64,000 nt of DNA from a virus: IMG/VR virus record IMGVR_UViG_3300042673_001035, positions 1 to 64,000 of that record; one strand, 5' to 3'. Of the stretch, positions 48,033 to 56,739 are shown piece after piece. Position 1 is the stretch's first letter. Each line of letters opens with the position of its first letter. The notes under the pieces are model-generated. The model had not been told where the DNA came from. It ran no database searches and saw only the letters and a list, made by a program, of their open reading frames with translations. The position numbers and the translations under genes are program-made.

Positions 48033-49832
48033 TTATATTATTTTTTTTCCATATTGAGGTTTTGGAATATCGTTTAAGTCTTCAAATAAGATAATAGGTT
48101 CTTCAATGGTTTCAATCTCATTTGAGATTATAGTGTATGATTGTGATCCTGTTTCTTGTTTTTCTTTTAATTCTAAATATAATCCTCTATTATAGATTGA
48201 ATATGGTATTCCTATTCTTTTAAATGTCTCCTCAGCTTGTTCAATTCTTCTTAACCTATCCATTGGTGTATTCCACTTTGTTGTGAAATTAACACCATTC
48301 TCATATTCTAAATATTGTTTCTCCACATCTCTCCACTTTACTAATAGAGTTTGATGTAATAAAAATACGGAACAGGTTACTATTTCTGCCATACAATCTC
48401 TAAATTCCTCTACAAAGTCTAAAGTTTTTTGAAAATCTTCATCGGTTTCGTTTAGATATCCAACAATGATTTGCATACCAAACAACAATGGATATTCAAA
48501 TTCAGTTCCCTTATTTTCTTCATTTACCTTTCTTACATTTTCAAAAATTTCTCTCACACCTTGAACATCGGTGTATTTTTTCATATGTTTAAGAACTGGT
48601 TCGGAATAAGATTCGAATCCTGTAATAAACTTTGTTAGTCCTGCTCTACGATATAATCTTATAGTTTCTATATCTCTCATTTGAGATTGTAGTCTAACAT
48701 TACCACCGATATTAATATCTAATCCTCTTTCGATAATTTTTTCACACAATTCTTTTAACCACTTTGGATTACCATTGATAATTGAATCGTGACAAAAGAA
48801 ATACTTCTTTCCTTTTGCAACCCATCCTTCTAATTCCTCTAACACATTTTCAACGGTTCTATATCGGTATTCAGGTATATAATCCGGTACTGAACAAAAC
48901 GAACAACGATAAGGACAACCTCTACTCATTGTAATAGGTTTAGTGTCCTGATAAACTGACTTATAATAAAAATTATCTTCTAAAGAACTATAATCCGGAA
49001 TAGGTAATGCATCCATTGGAATATTTGCTCTCATTTTATTGTGGATAAAAATACCATTTAATTGCCAAATTAATCCAGGTATAGACATTAAGGACTCCTC
49101 ACTCCAATCTGACTTAAGTATTTCTACAAATGTCATCTCACCATCACCTCTACTGATTGCATCGATGAAAGTATATTCGTTTGTTTTATAATTTGAATTG
49201 GGTAATCTACCAAAGTCTAACACTTCAACACCATTACCACCAATTAAAATTTTAACCTCTGGATATTTTTCTTTTACTAATTTTGCAATTGCAAGTGTTG
49301 CATCTATATTACCATCGATAATACTAAATCCTAAAAATTTAGGCTTTGCTTTCTCTAAATATCTACCAACGAATCCGTATGCAATATCATATGTTTCCTG
49401 AAAATTATATAATAGATGAAACTGACTTTGTTTGGAGTATGTATTAAATAAATTGAAAAACTCACCTTGCTTATCCGGTGGATTTAAAAAGAAATAGTCA
49501 ATTACTGGGTCAATGATTGCAACCCTTAATTCGGGTTCATATTTGTCTATCCAAGACTTTAAACCAACTATGCCGGAATAATAACCTGATTCATTGATAT
49601 TAGGAACTTGTAATAACAAACAATCTTGTTCTTCTATATCTTGAAAATGGAATTTATGTTCTATCTCCAATCCTTTGCCTTTCTCTGCAAAAACAGTTTG
49701 ACGCATATATTGTAGTAAATCGACTTTGATGTCAAATACTTCAACACCACTTTTCATTTGGTCATCTACTCTATTCTCAACTTTTTGAATTTGACTTTCA
49801 ATATCAGGACTAATGATTTCGTCAATTTGCAT
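48033..49832 (-). CDS. Cobalamin-binding (class B) radical SAM enzyme
   Basis: ILIGG, RGDGE, LPIPDY, SRGCPYRCSFC, GFESYS, IIVGYLNET. Confidence 0.9.
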   Translation of the reverse strand: MQIDEIISPDIESQIQKVENRVDDQMKSGVEVFDIKVDLLQYMRQTVFAEKGKGLEIEHKFHFQDIEEQDCLLLQVPNINESGYYSGIVGLKSWIDKYEPELRVAIIDPVIDYFFLNPPDKQGEFFNLFNTYSKQSQFHLLYNFQETYDIAYGFVGRYLEKAKPKFLGFSIIDGNIDATLAIAKLVKEKYPEVKILIGGNGVEVLDFGRLPNSNYKTNEYTFIDAISRGDGEMTFVEILKSDWSEESLMSIPGLIWQLNGIFIHNKMRANIPMDALPIPDYSSLEDNFYYKSVYQDTKPITMSRGCPYRCSFCSVPDYIPEYRYRTVENVLEELEGWVAKGKKYFFCHDSIINGNPKWLKELCEKIIERGLDINIGGNVRLQSQMRDIETIRLYRRAGLTKFITGFESYSEPVLKHMKKYTDVQGVREIFENVRKVNEENKGTEFEYPLLFGMQIIVGYLNETDEDFQKTLDFVEEFRDCMAEIVTCSVFLLHQTLLVKWRDVEKQYLEYENGVNFTTKWNTPMDRLRRIEQAEETFKRIGIPYSIYNRGLYLELKEKQETGSQSYTIISNEIETIEEPIILFEDLNDIPKPQYGKKII

Positions 49833-49849
49833 GAATATAATAATTTAAT

Positions 49850-49882
49850 TAAATATACAAATAATTATTGAATTTTCCAAAT
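49850..49882 (-). promoter_or_regulatory. Bacteroidota-type sigma-A-like promoter
   Basis: ATTTGGAAAATTCAATAATTATTTGTATATTTA. Confidence 0.6.
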
Positions 49883-49910
49883 AAATCAATTTTATTCAAA
49901 AAAATAAAAT

Positions 49911-50558
49911 CTATATTAATGTTGAACCATTGTTATTAATATAATTAATCATTATATCAGCCAATACTTTACAGCCAAATTCGGATAGGTGGTGGTCATT
50001 TATTACGCCTTTTGTTTCATTTATTATTTCCATCTTACCTTTATAATATGACCAATATAAATTATTTACTATTTTACTTTTTTCAAATTCGGAAAAAGCT
50101 GACCAATAAACTATTTTGTTATTTTTAAATGTATAATTTAACAAATCCATCCATCCCATTATTTCTTTTAAAAATAATTCGGAATCTCTATTTACTAAAA
50201 TTTCTTGTAAAGTCCTCTCACTTATAAGTGGTAAATCTGGTAAATGATTAAGAATTATTGTATGGAAAAATTTGTTAGACATATCTGCTAGTCTAAATCT
50301 TGTTATTGATGACCATCCTATTATTATATAATCACCATCTTTGATGTTATTGATTTGTTTTATAATGGAATCTAATATCGTATAATTATCACTACCACCT
50401 TTAGCACAATTTCGAAATGGTAATTCTAAATTATCCGCAAGAATTTCTGGCCAAAATTTGGGTTCATACCCTTTCCATTTGATATATTCATCTGCCCACC
50501 GATAAGATTTATTATATCCCTCAGTATTAGAATCACCAAAAAACCATATCTTATTCAT
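49911..50558 (-). CDS. SGNH/GDSL-like protein
   Basis: FGDSNT, NCAKGGSDN, IIGWS..RF, DHHLSEFG. Confidence 0.65.
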   Translation of the reverse strand: MNKIWFFGDSNTEGYNKSYRWADEYIKWKGYEPKFWPEILADNLELPFRNCAKGGSDNYTILDSIIKQINNIKDGDYIIIGWSSITRFRLADMSNKFFHTIILNHLPDLPLISERTLQEILVNRDSELFLKEIMGWMDLLNYTFKNNKIVYWSAFSEFEKSKIVNNLYWSYYKGKMEIINETKGVINDHHLSEFGCKVLADIMINYINNNGSTLI

Positions 50559-50584
50559 ATTTTATAATATTGTTTAAATTAATT

Positions 50585-50628
50585 GGGGTGGGGGTTGGGG
50601 GAGAAAGTCGTTTTTTAAGAAAATTTTT
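50585..50628 (+). repeat. G-tract element copy 1
   Basis: GGGGTGGGGGTTGGGGGAGAAAGTCGTTTTTTAAGAAAATTTTT; inverted homolog at 60105-60151. Confidence 0.75.
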
Positions 50629-50651
50629 AGAACATACCTTCTATTGATAGT

Positions 50652-51353
50652 CTATATCAATTCTCTTTTTATACTTATTATACTTTTTAATTTCATTTTA
50701 AGATTCAATATATCATCTTCCAATTTATCAATTTCATTTTGTTTTTCCATTAATAAGTCGTATGATGTCAGTCCTCTTTCATTATTTAAAATTCGTTTTA
50801 ACCATAACTCATCTTTGTCACATAAAATATATAATTCATCCAATTTGTCTTTTGATATCATAGATAAAATTTCAACTTTTGATTTAAAATGTTTCATTTT
50901 ATGGGAATCATATAATTCGGGTTTATATTCAATTTTATAATCAAAAAATTCCGACAATTTGTCTAGATGTATCATTTTGAATCCAAAAATATTCCATATA
51001 CGATACAGATTTTTATATAAGTTTGGAGACCAATGTTCGGATTTATCATCAATCATATTTTCAATAATTACATCCAAATTCCAATCTTGTTTACGATTAT
51101 TGGAGGTGTGTATTTTGCCCTCTATATTTCCCCACACATAATCGGTTTGAATCGCCGATATGATATGTTCACACGGATTTCTATATGTTACAATTGAATT
51201 TTGTGTAATATCGATTGGTGGATTAGGTGAATTTGGGTCTATATCCACTTCCGATTGGTTTATCCAATTAGAATTTCTTACAAATCGAATACCACACTTT
51301 GGAATACAAATAATTGGTTCTCTATCTTTATATTCATGTTTTGATAAAATCAT
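50652..51353 (-). CDS. Degenerate sulfotransferase-like protein
   Basis: CIPKCGIR, YRNPCEHIISA, EHWSP. Confidence 0.5.
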   Translation of the reverse strand: MILSKHEYKDREPIICIPKCGIRFVRNSNWINQSEVDIDPNSPNPPIDITQNSIVTYRNPCEHIISAIQTDYVWGNIEGKIHTSNNRKQDWNLDVIIENMIDDKSEHWSPNLYKNLYRIWNIFGFKMIHLDKLSEFFDYKIEYKPELYDSHKMKHFKSKVEILSMISKDKLDELYILCDKDELWLKRILNNERGLTSYDLLMEKQNEIDKLEDDILNLKMKLKSIISIKRELI

Positions 51354-51363
51354 AGTATTGTGT

Positions 51364-51519
51364 TTATTTCTTCATTAGGTCTCTTTTAAGACGCTTTAGA
51401 TACCATATAGGAAAATATATCACCCAATACATAGAAACGACAAATACACCACCCATAATGACAATGGACATGGTTATAAGTCTTAAGATTAGTAATATAG
51501 TATTAATGAGAGATACCAT
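51364..51519 (-). CDS. 51-aa membrane peptide (not in ORF track)
   Basis: MVSLINTILLILRLITMSIVIMGGVFVVSMYWVIYFPIWYLKRLKRDLMKK. Confidence 0.5.
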   Translation of the reverse strand: MVSLINTILLILRLITMSIVIMGGVFVVSMYWVIYFPIWYLKRLKRDLMKK

Positions 51520-51778
51520 TACCATAAATTGATGTCCAGATGCCGACTATACCAACCAAACACCAAAAGGCATTCAATATAATGTATGCACGGTTATCTC
51601 TTTCCCATGCAGCATAAGTTAAAATAACGGCATCGATAGTATTCCATATCCACATCCAAAGAAAAGGAGTATCAGGTCCCATAATAGAAAGAGTACCAAA
51701 TGCAATGATTCTCATCACTACTCCGATATTCTCCATCCATTTAATTGTGGTTTCACTTAATAACTTTAGTTTTGACAT
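51503..51778 (-). CDS. Small 3-TM membrane protein
   Basis: Hydrophobic helices; LNAFW motif. Confidence 0.65.
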   Translation of the reverse strand: MSKLKLLSETTIKWMENIGVVMRIIAFGTLSIMGPDTPFLWMWIWNTIDAVILTYAAWERDNRAYIILNAFWCLVGIVGIWTSIYGNGISH

Positions 51779-51783
51779 AACTT

Positions 51784-52809
51784 TTATTTAGTTTGTAGTT
51801 TCTTAATTTGTTCTTGTAGTTCTACTACCTTACGAGCAAGATACCCTTGATTTTGTGCATCCGTAGTTTGGCCTTGTTGTATTTGTTTTTCTACATTTGC
51901 TCTATCTTCTTTTGCCTTTCTCTCTATATCGGACAAACCTTTATCTAATTCTTTTTTAGCATCGTCTAAATCAGTCTTAATAGTATTAATAGGATTAGTT
52001 TCAACGGATACTAATGTACTACTTTCAGTACTCTTAACACTATGATTGTCTTCGTCACTATCGGACTCTGCAATAAGGTCTTTTTGAATTATACCATAGA
52101 TATTAGGAGTAGGTATTATGCCATCAAAGAAAGTACTCTTAATACGATTAAAATCTTTTCTGAGTAAATCTAATTGTTTATCTAACTCTATAAGAAAGGT
52201 TTGTAGTTTGAGTGGGTCGAAAATAGTTTTTTCTTGGTCGGTTACTGTTGCAATAGGTACAAACGTATAGTGAGGGTTTAATTGTTTATCTACCATTTTT
52301 TCATAGTCTACCACTTCAAACTTATCGGATGGTCGTTTACTTACCTTATCTAATGTATAATTAATTTGGTCTATTAACTTATTGGGTATACCTTCTGTTA
52401 ATCCGTTTTCTGCATCATCTATATAAGATACATCTACAACGCCTGCCTGTCTATTCTGTAAATCTCTACTATCTATACTCTTTTGTAGTTGGGTTACGTC
52501 CAATTCAATAATCTTAATTGTTTTACCCATACCCACTTCTTTATCCTTAACCATTATCTTACCATTCTCTACAATATCATAGTGTGGGTTCTTTGAGTCT
52601 TTTATATCGTTAAGTGTTTGTGGAGAACATAAATAATCTAAACCTATCTTTACTATAATACCATTTCCTTTAATAACTGGTTTAAGGTTTGCAAGTGGTG
52701 TACCAATAGGCAGGTATATAGGTTTAATATCGTTTGATGCAGATATCTTCCAATTCTTGCCATCGGTTGTATATCTTTCCGAATTTTGATTGATTAACTT
52801 AATACTCAT
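51784..52809 (-). CDS. Hypothetical protein with C-terminal coiled coil
   Basis: 341-aa ORF. Confidence 0.6.
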   Translation of the reverse strand: MSIKLINQNSERYTTDGKNWKISASNDIKPIYLPIGTPLANLKPVIKGNGIIVKIGLDYLCSPQTLNDIKDSKNPHYDIVENGKIMVKDKEVGMGKTIKIIELDVTQLQKSIDSRDLQNRQAGVVDVSYIDDAENGLTEGIPNKLIDQINYTLDKVSKRPSDKFEVVDYEKMVDKQLNPHYTFVPIATVTDQEKTIFDPLKLQTFLIELDKQLDLLRKDFNRIKSTFFDGIIPTPNIYGIIQKDLIAESDSDEDNHSVKSTESSTLVSVETNPINTIKTDLDDAKKELDKGLSDIERKAKEDRANVEKQIQQGQTTDAQNQGYLARKVVELQEQIKKLQTK

Positions 52810-53098
52810 TACTTATTTCTTTATATGCCTTTCTATATAACTTTAATTCATCCTTAATAGTAGTTTTACGATTTACTCTTATATCGTATATCGTTCTTTG
52901 TAGTTCTTTATACAATCCCATATAGATTGCATCTGTTATTATATAGTTAATAGTTAATTTTCTTTCATATTCTTTATACTCTTTCTTTTCAAATTCATCT
53001 CTTACTTCCTCTAATGGTTGCAAAGAAAAGATTTTTGCAACTCCAATAGATGTGCCAAACTCTTGTGCAGCTTTGTCAAAGACTTCTTCTTTTAACAT
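52799..53098 (-). CDS. Hypothetical protein
   Basis: 99-aa ORF in operon. Confidence 0.6.
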   Translation of the reverse strand: MLKEEVFDKAAQEFGTSIGVAKIFSLQPLEEVRDEFEKKEYKEYERKLTINYIITDAIYMGLYKELQRTIYDIRVNRKTTIKDELKLYRKAYKEISNEY

Positions 53099-53109
53099 AT
53101 AGAATAGAT

Positions 53110-53319
53110 TTAATAAGGTTTCTTTTTGGTTGGAATTGGTATAACTAATTTTTTTTGCATGATAGTAGACATGTGTGGAGTAAGATTGATGCCTACACCT
53201 CCGTCATTACCCCATCCCTGATTACCACAACGAGTTATAAAATCCTCATCACTCTCTCCTTCTAATCTTTCACACCTACCCTCTAACACTTTAACCAATA
53301 CCTCTTTTAACTTAATCAT
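53110..53319 (-). CDS. Hypothetical protein (likely start MIKLKEVL at 53319)
   Basis: ATATTTAT at 53341-53348 abuts the track's GTG start, favouring the downstream ATG. Confidence 0.5.
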   Translation of the reverse strand: MIKLKEVLVKVLEGRCERLEGESDEDFITRCGNQGWGNDGGVGINLTPHMSTIMQKKLVIPIPTKKKPY

Positions 53320-53535
53320 TTCTGAATGTTTATTGTACACATAAATATCTTAGATAAAAGAAATTCAGTTAAAGGGTATATGTGTGTATCATACATCATG
53401 TCAAAAAAGAGCTATAGGTAAAAAATTGGACCCCGGTATTCGCACGTATCCGACCCGGTTTTACAACTCGCGCTTTTTTTGAGCGACATGAAACTGTTAC
53501 TCGTTTCTCTCCAACCCCGCCACAAAAAAATGAGC

Positions 53536-53593
53536 ACAAAGAGACCGACAGCATTTACGCTATCGGTTCATCCTATGATTAGGAGCTCTTTGT
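53536..53593 (-). ncRNA. Three-way-junction RNA structure (terminator-associated or sRNA)
   Basis: ACAAAGAG/CTCTTTGT closes TCCTA/TAGGA and ACCGATAGC/GCTGTCGGT; followed by GCTCA-T7. Confidence 0.5.
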
Positions 53594-53634
53594 AATTAAA
53601 ATAAAAATATGAAAACCAATGAAAACTTTTCTCT

Positions 53635-53847
53635 TTAAAATTGTCTACTTACCCACTTAGGATAATTACTATATTGTTGCATGAGTTCAGTTGCTCGATA
53701 ATCTTTCACTTCTACTCTACAACCTATATTCATCTCTTTGCACCAATGTTGAAAGTTCTCATCTGCTAATACCTTCTCTCTTTCTTTCTCTATACTATGT
53801 AATCTATCTATGTCTATACTATTGATTGTCTCTACTATTGTATTCAT
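53635..53847 (-). CDS. Hypothetical protein
   Basis: 70-aa ORF. Confidence 0.55.
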   Translation of the reverse strand: MNTIVETINSIDIDRLHSIEKEREKVLADENFQHWCKEMNIGCRVEVKDYRATELMQQYSNYPKWVSRQF

Positions 53848-53898
53848 ACTACTATGTTTTATAACTTAACTGAATTTATTTTTATTAAGATTGTCCGA

Positions 53899-54129
53899 TT
53901 AAGCTTTTGCTTTGGGTGGACTCTGCGTGAATAACTCTTTAAGGTATTCTTCCTCATCCTCCATTTGTTCAGCGGTCATCTCATTGTATCTATCTAACAA
54001 TGCAATTGCGGACCTGATTTCACTTAACTGCTCACTAGCAGCCCACTTCGGTTTGCCGTCTTGCAGACCTTTAATCTTCTTCATCAATACTATCTCGTCT
54101 TGTTTTAACTTCTTAATTGCGTAGTCCAT
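53899..54129 (-). CDS. Hypothetical protein
   Basis: 76-aa ORF. Confidence 0.55.
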   Translation of the reverse strand: MDYAIKKLKQDEIVLMKKIKGLQDGKPKWAASEQLSEIRSAIALLDRYNEMTAEQMEDEEEYLKELFTQSPPKAKA

Positions 54130-54535
54130 CTTTATACTTTTTATTTATCTTATCTTTAATTTGTTTCCACACTATCGGTGTATACTTATCTTCGTTTCTT
54201 CTTGCTTGTCTCTCATACGGGTTTCTACTATATGAACCGGGGTACTTATAGTATTTCGTTCTTATTGGTTGTAGTTGGTGTGTCCATTCGTGTATACACG
54301 TATTGATTAACTCTCTCACATCACTACATTGGTCCCAGTATATCCATACCTCATTGTCGTCCGCGTCATATGCACCACAATCGGTGTCATATCCTTTCAC
54401 TACGGACCAGATAGGGTCAAACTTCTTTCGTTTGTTTACTCCCATATTCGTGCGACACCATCTCAGGACCATATTTGCAATTCGCACTGCAGGTTCTCTA
54501 CCTAATTTTGTTATAGGCGTTTTTAAATATATCAT
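54113..54535 (-). CDS. Zincin-like metallopeptidase domain protein (start revised to 54535)
   Basis: CIHEWTH...NPYERQAR; the upstream extension in the track crosses a terminator. Confidence 0.7.
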   Translation of the reverse strand: MIYLKTPITKLGREPAVRIANMVLRWCRTNMGVNKRKKFDPIWSVVKGYDTDCGAYDADDNEVWIYWDQCSDVRELINTCIHEWTHQLQPIRTKYYKYPGSYSRNPYERQARRNEDKYTPIVWKQIKDKINKKYKDGLRN

Positions 54536-54555
54536 ATTCGTTTTAATATGGTTAT

Positions 54556-54586
54556 AAAAAAAGTGGTACTCTCGGGGTACCACTTT
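54556..54586 (-). terminator. Intrinsic terminator downstream of tRNA
   Basis: AAAGTGGTAC...GTACCACTTT hairpin followed by a T tract. Confidence 0.85.
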
Positions 54587-54665
54587 GTTAACTATCAAAG
54601 TTTTTCTTGTAAAGTAAATCGGAGAATAACCTATTTGTAAAGTAACCGAGATAACTTTGATATAG

Positions 54666-54764
54666 AGCGGTGAGCTAGATTTGAACTAACCCCTTTAGTC
54701 TGGATGACTATCGTGCAACCCATGGGCTTTTACGTCCGTGAGGTAACCATTACACTTTCACCGC
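54666..54764 (-). tRNA. tRNA-Gly(TCC), atypical, with 28-nt D-loop insertion
   Basis: Acceptor GCGGTGA/TCACCGC with U73; D-stem GTGT/GCAC; anticodon arm TAGT-CATCCAG-ACTA; T-arm GTTAG-TTCAAAT-CTAGC; no encoded CCA (CTA). Confidence 0.8.
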
Positions 54765-54796
54765 TTCATTGGTACGAACTAATAGTCCGTACTAAA

Positions 54797-55120
54797 TTAT
54801 TTTACTTCAACAACTTCAGCTGAAGGTGTTTGTAAAGTATCAACTGTTTGTGTTGTAGTTGTATCTACTACTGCTGTTGTTGAATCAGTTGTTGCTTCAG
54901 TTGAAGCAGAACCACAACTAGCCAAACCTAATACTAATACTAAAGACATCGCACCTACTTTTGCTTTATTCAAAATAGATGATAATCTTTTTGCGTTGTA
55001 AAGAGCTTTAGTTGTATAAAAATCTCTCTTTTGTTCACTCAAAGTCGTACTCGCTTCGTTTAAGTTGTTTACTAATTCAGTTACTTGATAGTTCACTTTT
55101 GTTGCAATTTTCTTTGCCAT
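54797..55120 (-). CDS. Putative small lipoprotein with N-terminal extension
   Basis: Internal KAKVGAMSLVLVLGLASC lipobox followed by a Thr/Asp-rich tail. Confidence 0.6.
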   Translation of the reverse strand: MAKKIATKVNYQVTELVNNLNEASTTLSEQKRDFYTTKALYNAKRLSSILNKAKVGAMSLVLVLGLASCGSASTEATTDSTTAVVDTTTTQTVDTLQTPSAEVVEVK

Positions 55121-55230
55121 GTTATTTTTTTGCTTCCCATTAAGTTATTAATTGTTCAAACTCCATTGAGGCGGGTCGCTTTTACCTCAGCTTCGTTTGT
55201 ATCTTTATTGTGTTAATGTCTTTGTTATAT

Positions 55231-55263
55231 GTAATATACGACAAATATTTGACATTACCAAAT
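55231..55263 (-). promoter_or_regulatory. Bacteroidota-type sigma-A-like promoter
   Basis: ATTTGGTAATGTCAAATATTTGTCGTATATTAC. Confidence 0.65.
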
Positions 55264-55524
55264 TTATTTTGCCCATTGGAATTGGATATTATCCACTCGG
55301 TCTAATTTCTTTTGCATTTTCATATACAATTCTGCAACTTCAAGGTTTCCTTTGTCGGATAATGTACCTGTGAAAAATTCTTGTAATACGATATTTAATG
55401 CTTTTTCTTTTGCTTCATATTCATATTGCATTGCTTCATCAAACATATCACTTATTAATTCTTGAATACGTGTTTGACTCAATTTGGAATAGTTTACTTT
55501 TTGTTTCTTTACTTTCTTACTCAT
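55264..55524 (-). CDS. Hypothetical protein
   Basis: 86 aa, basic N-terminus. Confidence 0.55.
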   Translation of the reverse strand: MSKKVKKQKVNYSKLSQTRIQELISDMFDEAMQYEYEAKEKALNIVLQEFFTGTLSDKGNLEVAELYMKMQKKLDRVDNIQFQWAK

Positions 55525-55551
55525 TTTGTTTTATTTTGTTTTGTTTATAAT

Positions 55552-55935
55552 TTATTTTCTTTTAGCTACTACATTATTGATTGCAGTTCTTGATTTCGTA
55601 CGTTTATCTGAAAATTGATAAGCTAATTCATTACTTTCTTTTGATTTTCTCCAAGGTTTCTTACTAAGTCTATTGGTATTTAGGTATATACACAATGAAC
55701 CGATACCAGGTACATATTGCCTACCTGAATTGATTAAATAATTTTGTACCAATTGAAGTGTTGAATTTGAAAATTCCCTATCTTCTCTTAAAGCAGAGTT
55801 ATCATATATATTTGCAGTCTGCATGCAAAGATGATAGAAGTCTGTGTATTGTTTAGTATATTTATCTGTCCATGTATTTGGTGGCATTGTTTCACCAATA
55901 ATTTGTTTTACTTTTGTTGTTTTCACTTTACTCAT
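55552..55935 (-). CDS. Hypothetical protein
   Basis: 127 aa. Confidence 0.55.
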   Translation of the reverse strand: MSKVKTTKVKQIIGETMPPNTWTDKYTKQYTDFYHLCMQTANIYDNSALREDREFSNSTLQLVQNYLINSGRQYVPGIGSLCIYLNTNRLSKKPWRKSKESNELAYQFSDKRTKSRTAINNVVAKRK

Positions 55936-55958
55936 TTTGTTTCTTTTTTATTTATTAA

Positions 55959-56357
55959 TTATTTATCGGTGTCCTCACCATTTGCGGTTGTTGATTCTAC
56001 ATTGATACTACCACCATTGTAGTATGTACTATAAGCGGTGTCCAATGACAATTTGTTTGAAACCAATGCACCCTCTAATGCATTAGTTGCAATCAATTCC
56101 TTTTTATCTTTCTTACTCAATACATTTTTTATCAATGAGGTTTCTAACTTATCCATTTTAGTTTCTACTTCAATCTCACCTACATACTTACGAACACTTT
56201 CTTCGTCAACAAAGATACGAGGTTTGTCCATCTTGGGACCTGATAACTCAATCACTTCGTAGATATGTTTACCATCACCGAAATTGAATTTCTTATTCTT
56301 CACTACAGCTTTATAACCTCTCTTACCTAGCTTAATTTCTTTTACTTTCTTATTCAT
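55959..56357 (-). CDS. Hypothetical protein
   Basis: 132 aa. Confidence 0.55.
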   Translation of the reverse strand: MNKKVKEIKLGKRGYKAVVKNKKFNFGDGKHIYEVIELSGPKMDKPRIFVDEESVRKYVGEIEVETKMDKLETSLIKNVLSKKDKKELIATNALEGALVSNKLSLDTAYSTYYNGGSINVESTTANGEDTDK

Positions 56358-56421
56358 ATATTATCTTTTAATGTTTTTAATTACTTCGTTCATTGGGTAC
56401 CAGGGTATTGACCTTTGCATA

Positions 56422-56739
56422 TTAATGTGTTGAATTTAATTCATAATGAAACTTTTGTAATTGTTTCGTTTCATATTCGTGAGCGGATTTCTTTCCTCTA
56501 ATTACTTTGAGGATAAACAAATCATAAACTGACTCACTATGTTCTCTCATATCGTTGTATAAGGACCAGTTTTTGTTTTCTTTTCTCGCTCGACTAAAGT
56601 GTTTTTGTAATCTTAATTTCGCAGAGTAGTGGAAACGTCTACCTATTGCGGCAGTAATACCAATATAACTCTTACCATTTTCAGTATTGACTATCTCATA
56701 TACTACATGGTTTCTATCGTTTCGTTTCTTTCGTACCAT
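56422..56739 (-). CDS. Stand-alone GIY-YIG nuclease-domain protein
   Basis: VVYEIVNTENGKSYIGIT...RLQKH...E...LN. Confidence 0.75.
   Translation of the reverse strand: MVRKKRNDRNHVVYEIVNTENGKSYIGITAAIGRRFHYSAKLRLQKHFSRARKENKNWSLYNDMREHSESVYDLFILKVIRGKKSAHEYETKQLQKFHYELNSTH

Noticed and set aside
53536-53593. Hammerhead ribozyme
   Set aside because: A three-way junction is present but the CUGAnGA and GAAA core nucleotides are missing.
54536-54598. N-terminal extension of the 161-aa metallopeptidase ORF
   Set aside because: It overlaps the strong terminator at 54556-54586; ATG 54535 is preferred.
56422-56739. Group I intron or mobile homing element around the GIY-YIG gene
   Set aside because: No interrupted host gene or intron core is visible, and the protein lacks an obvious DNA-binding extension.
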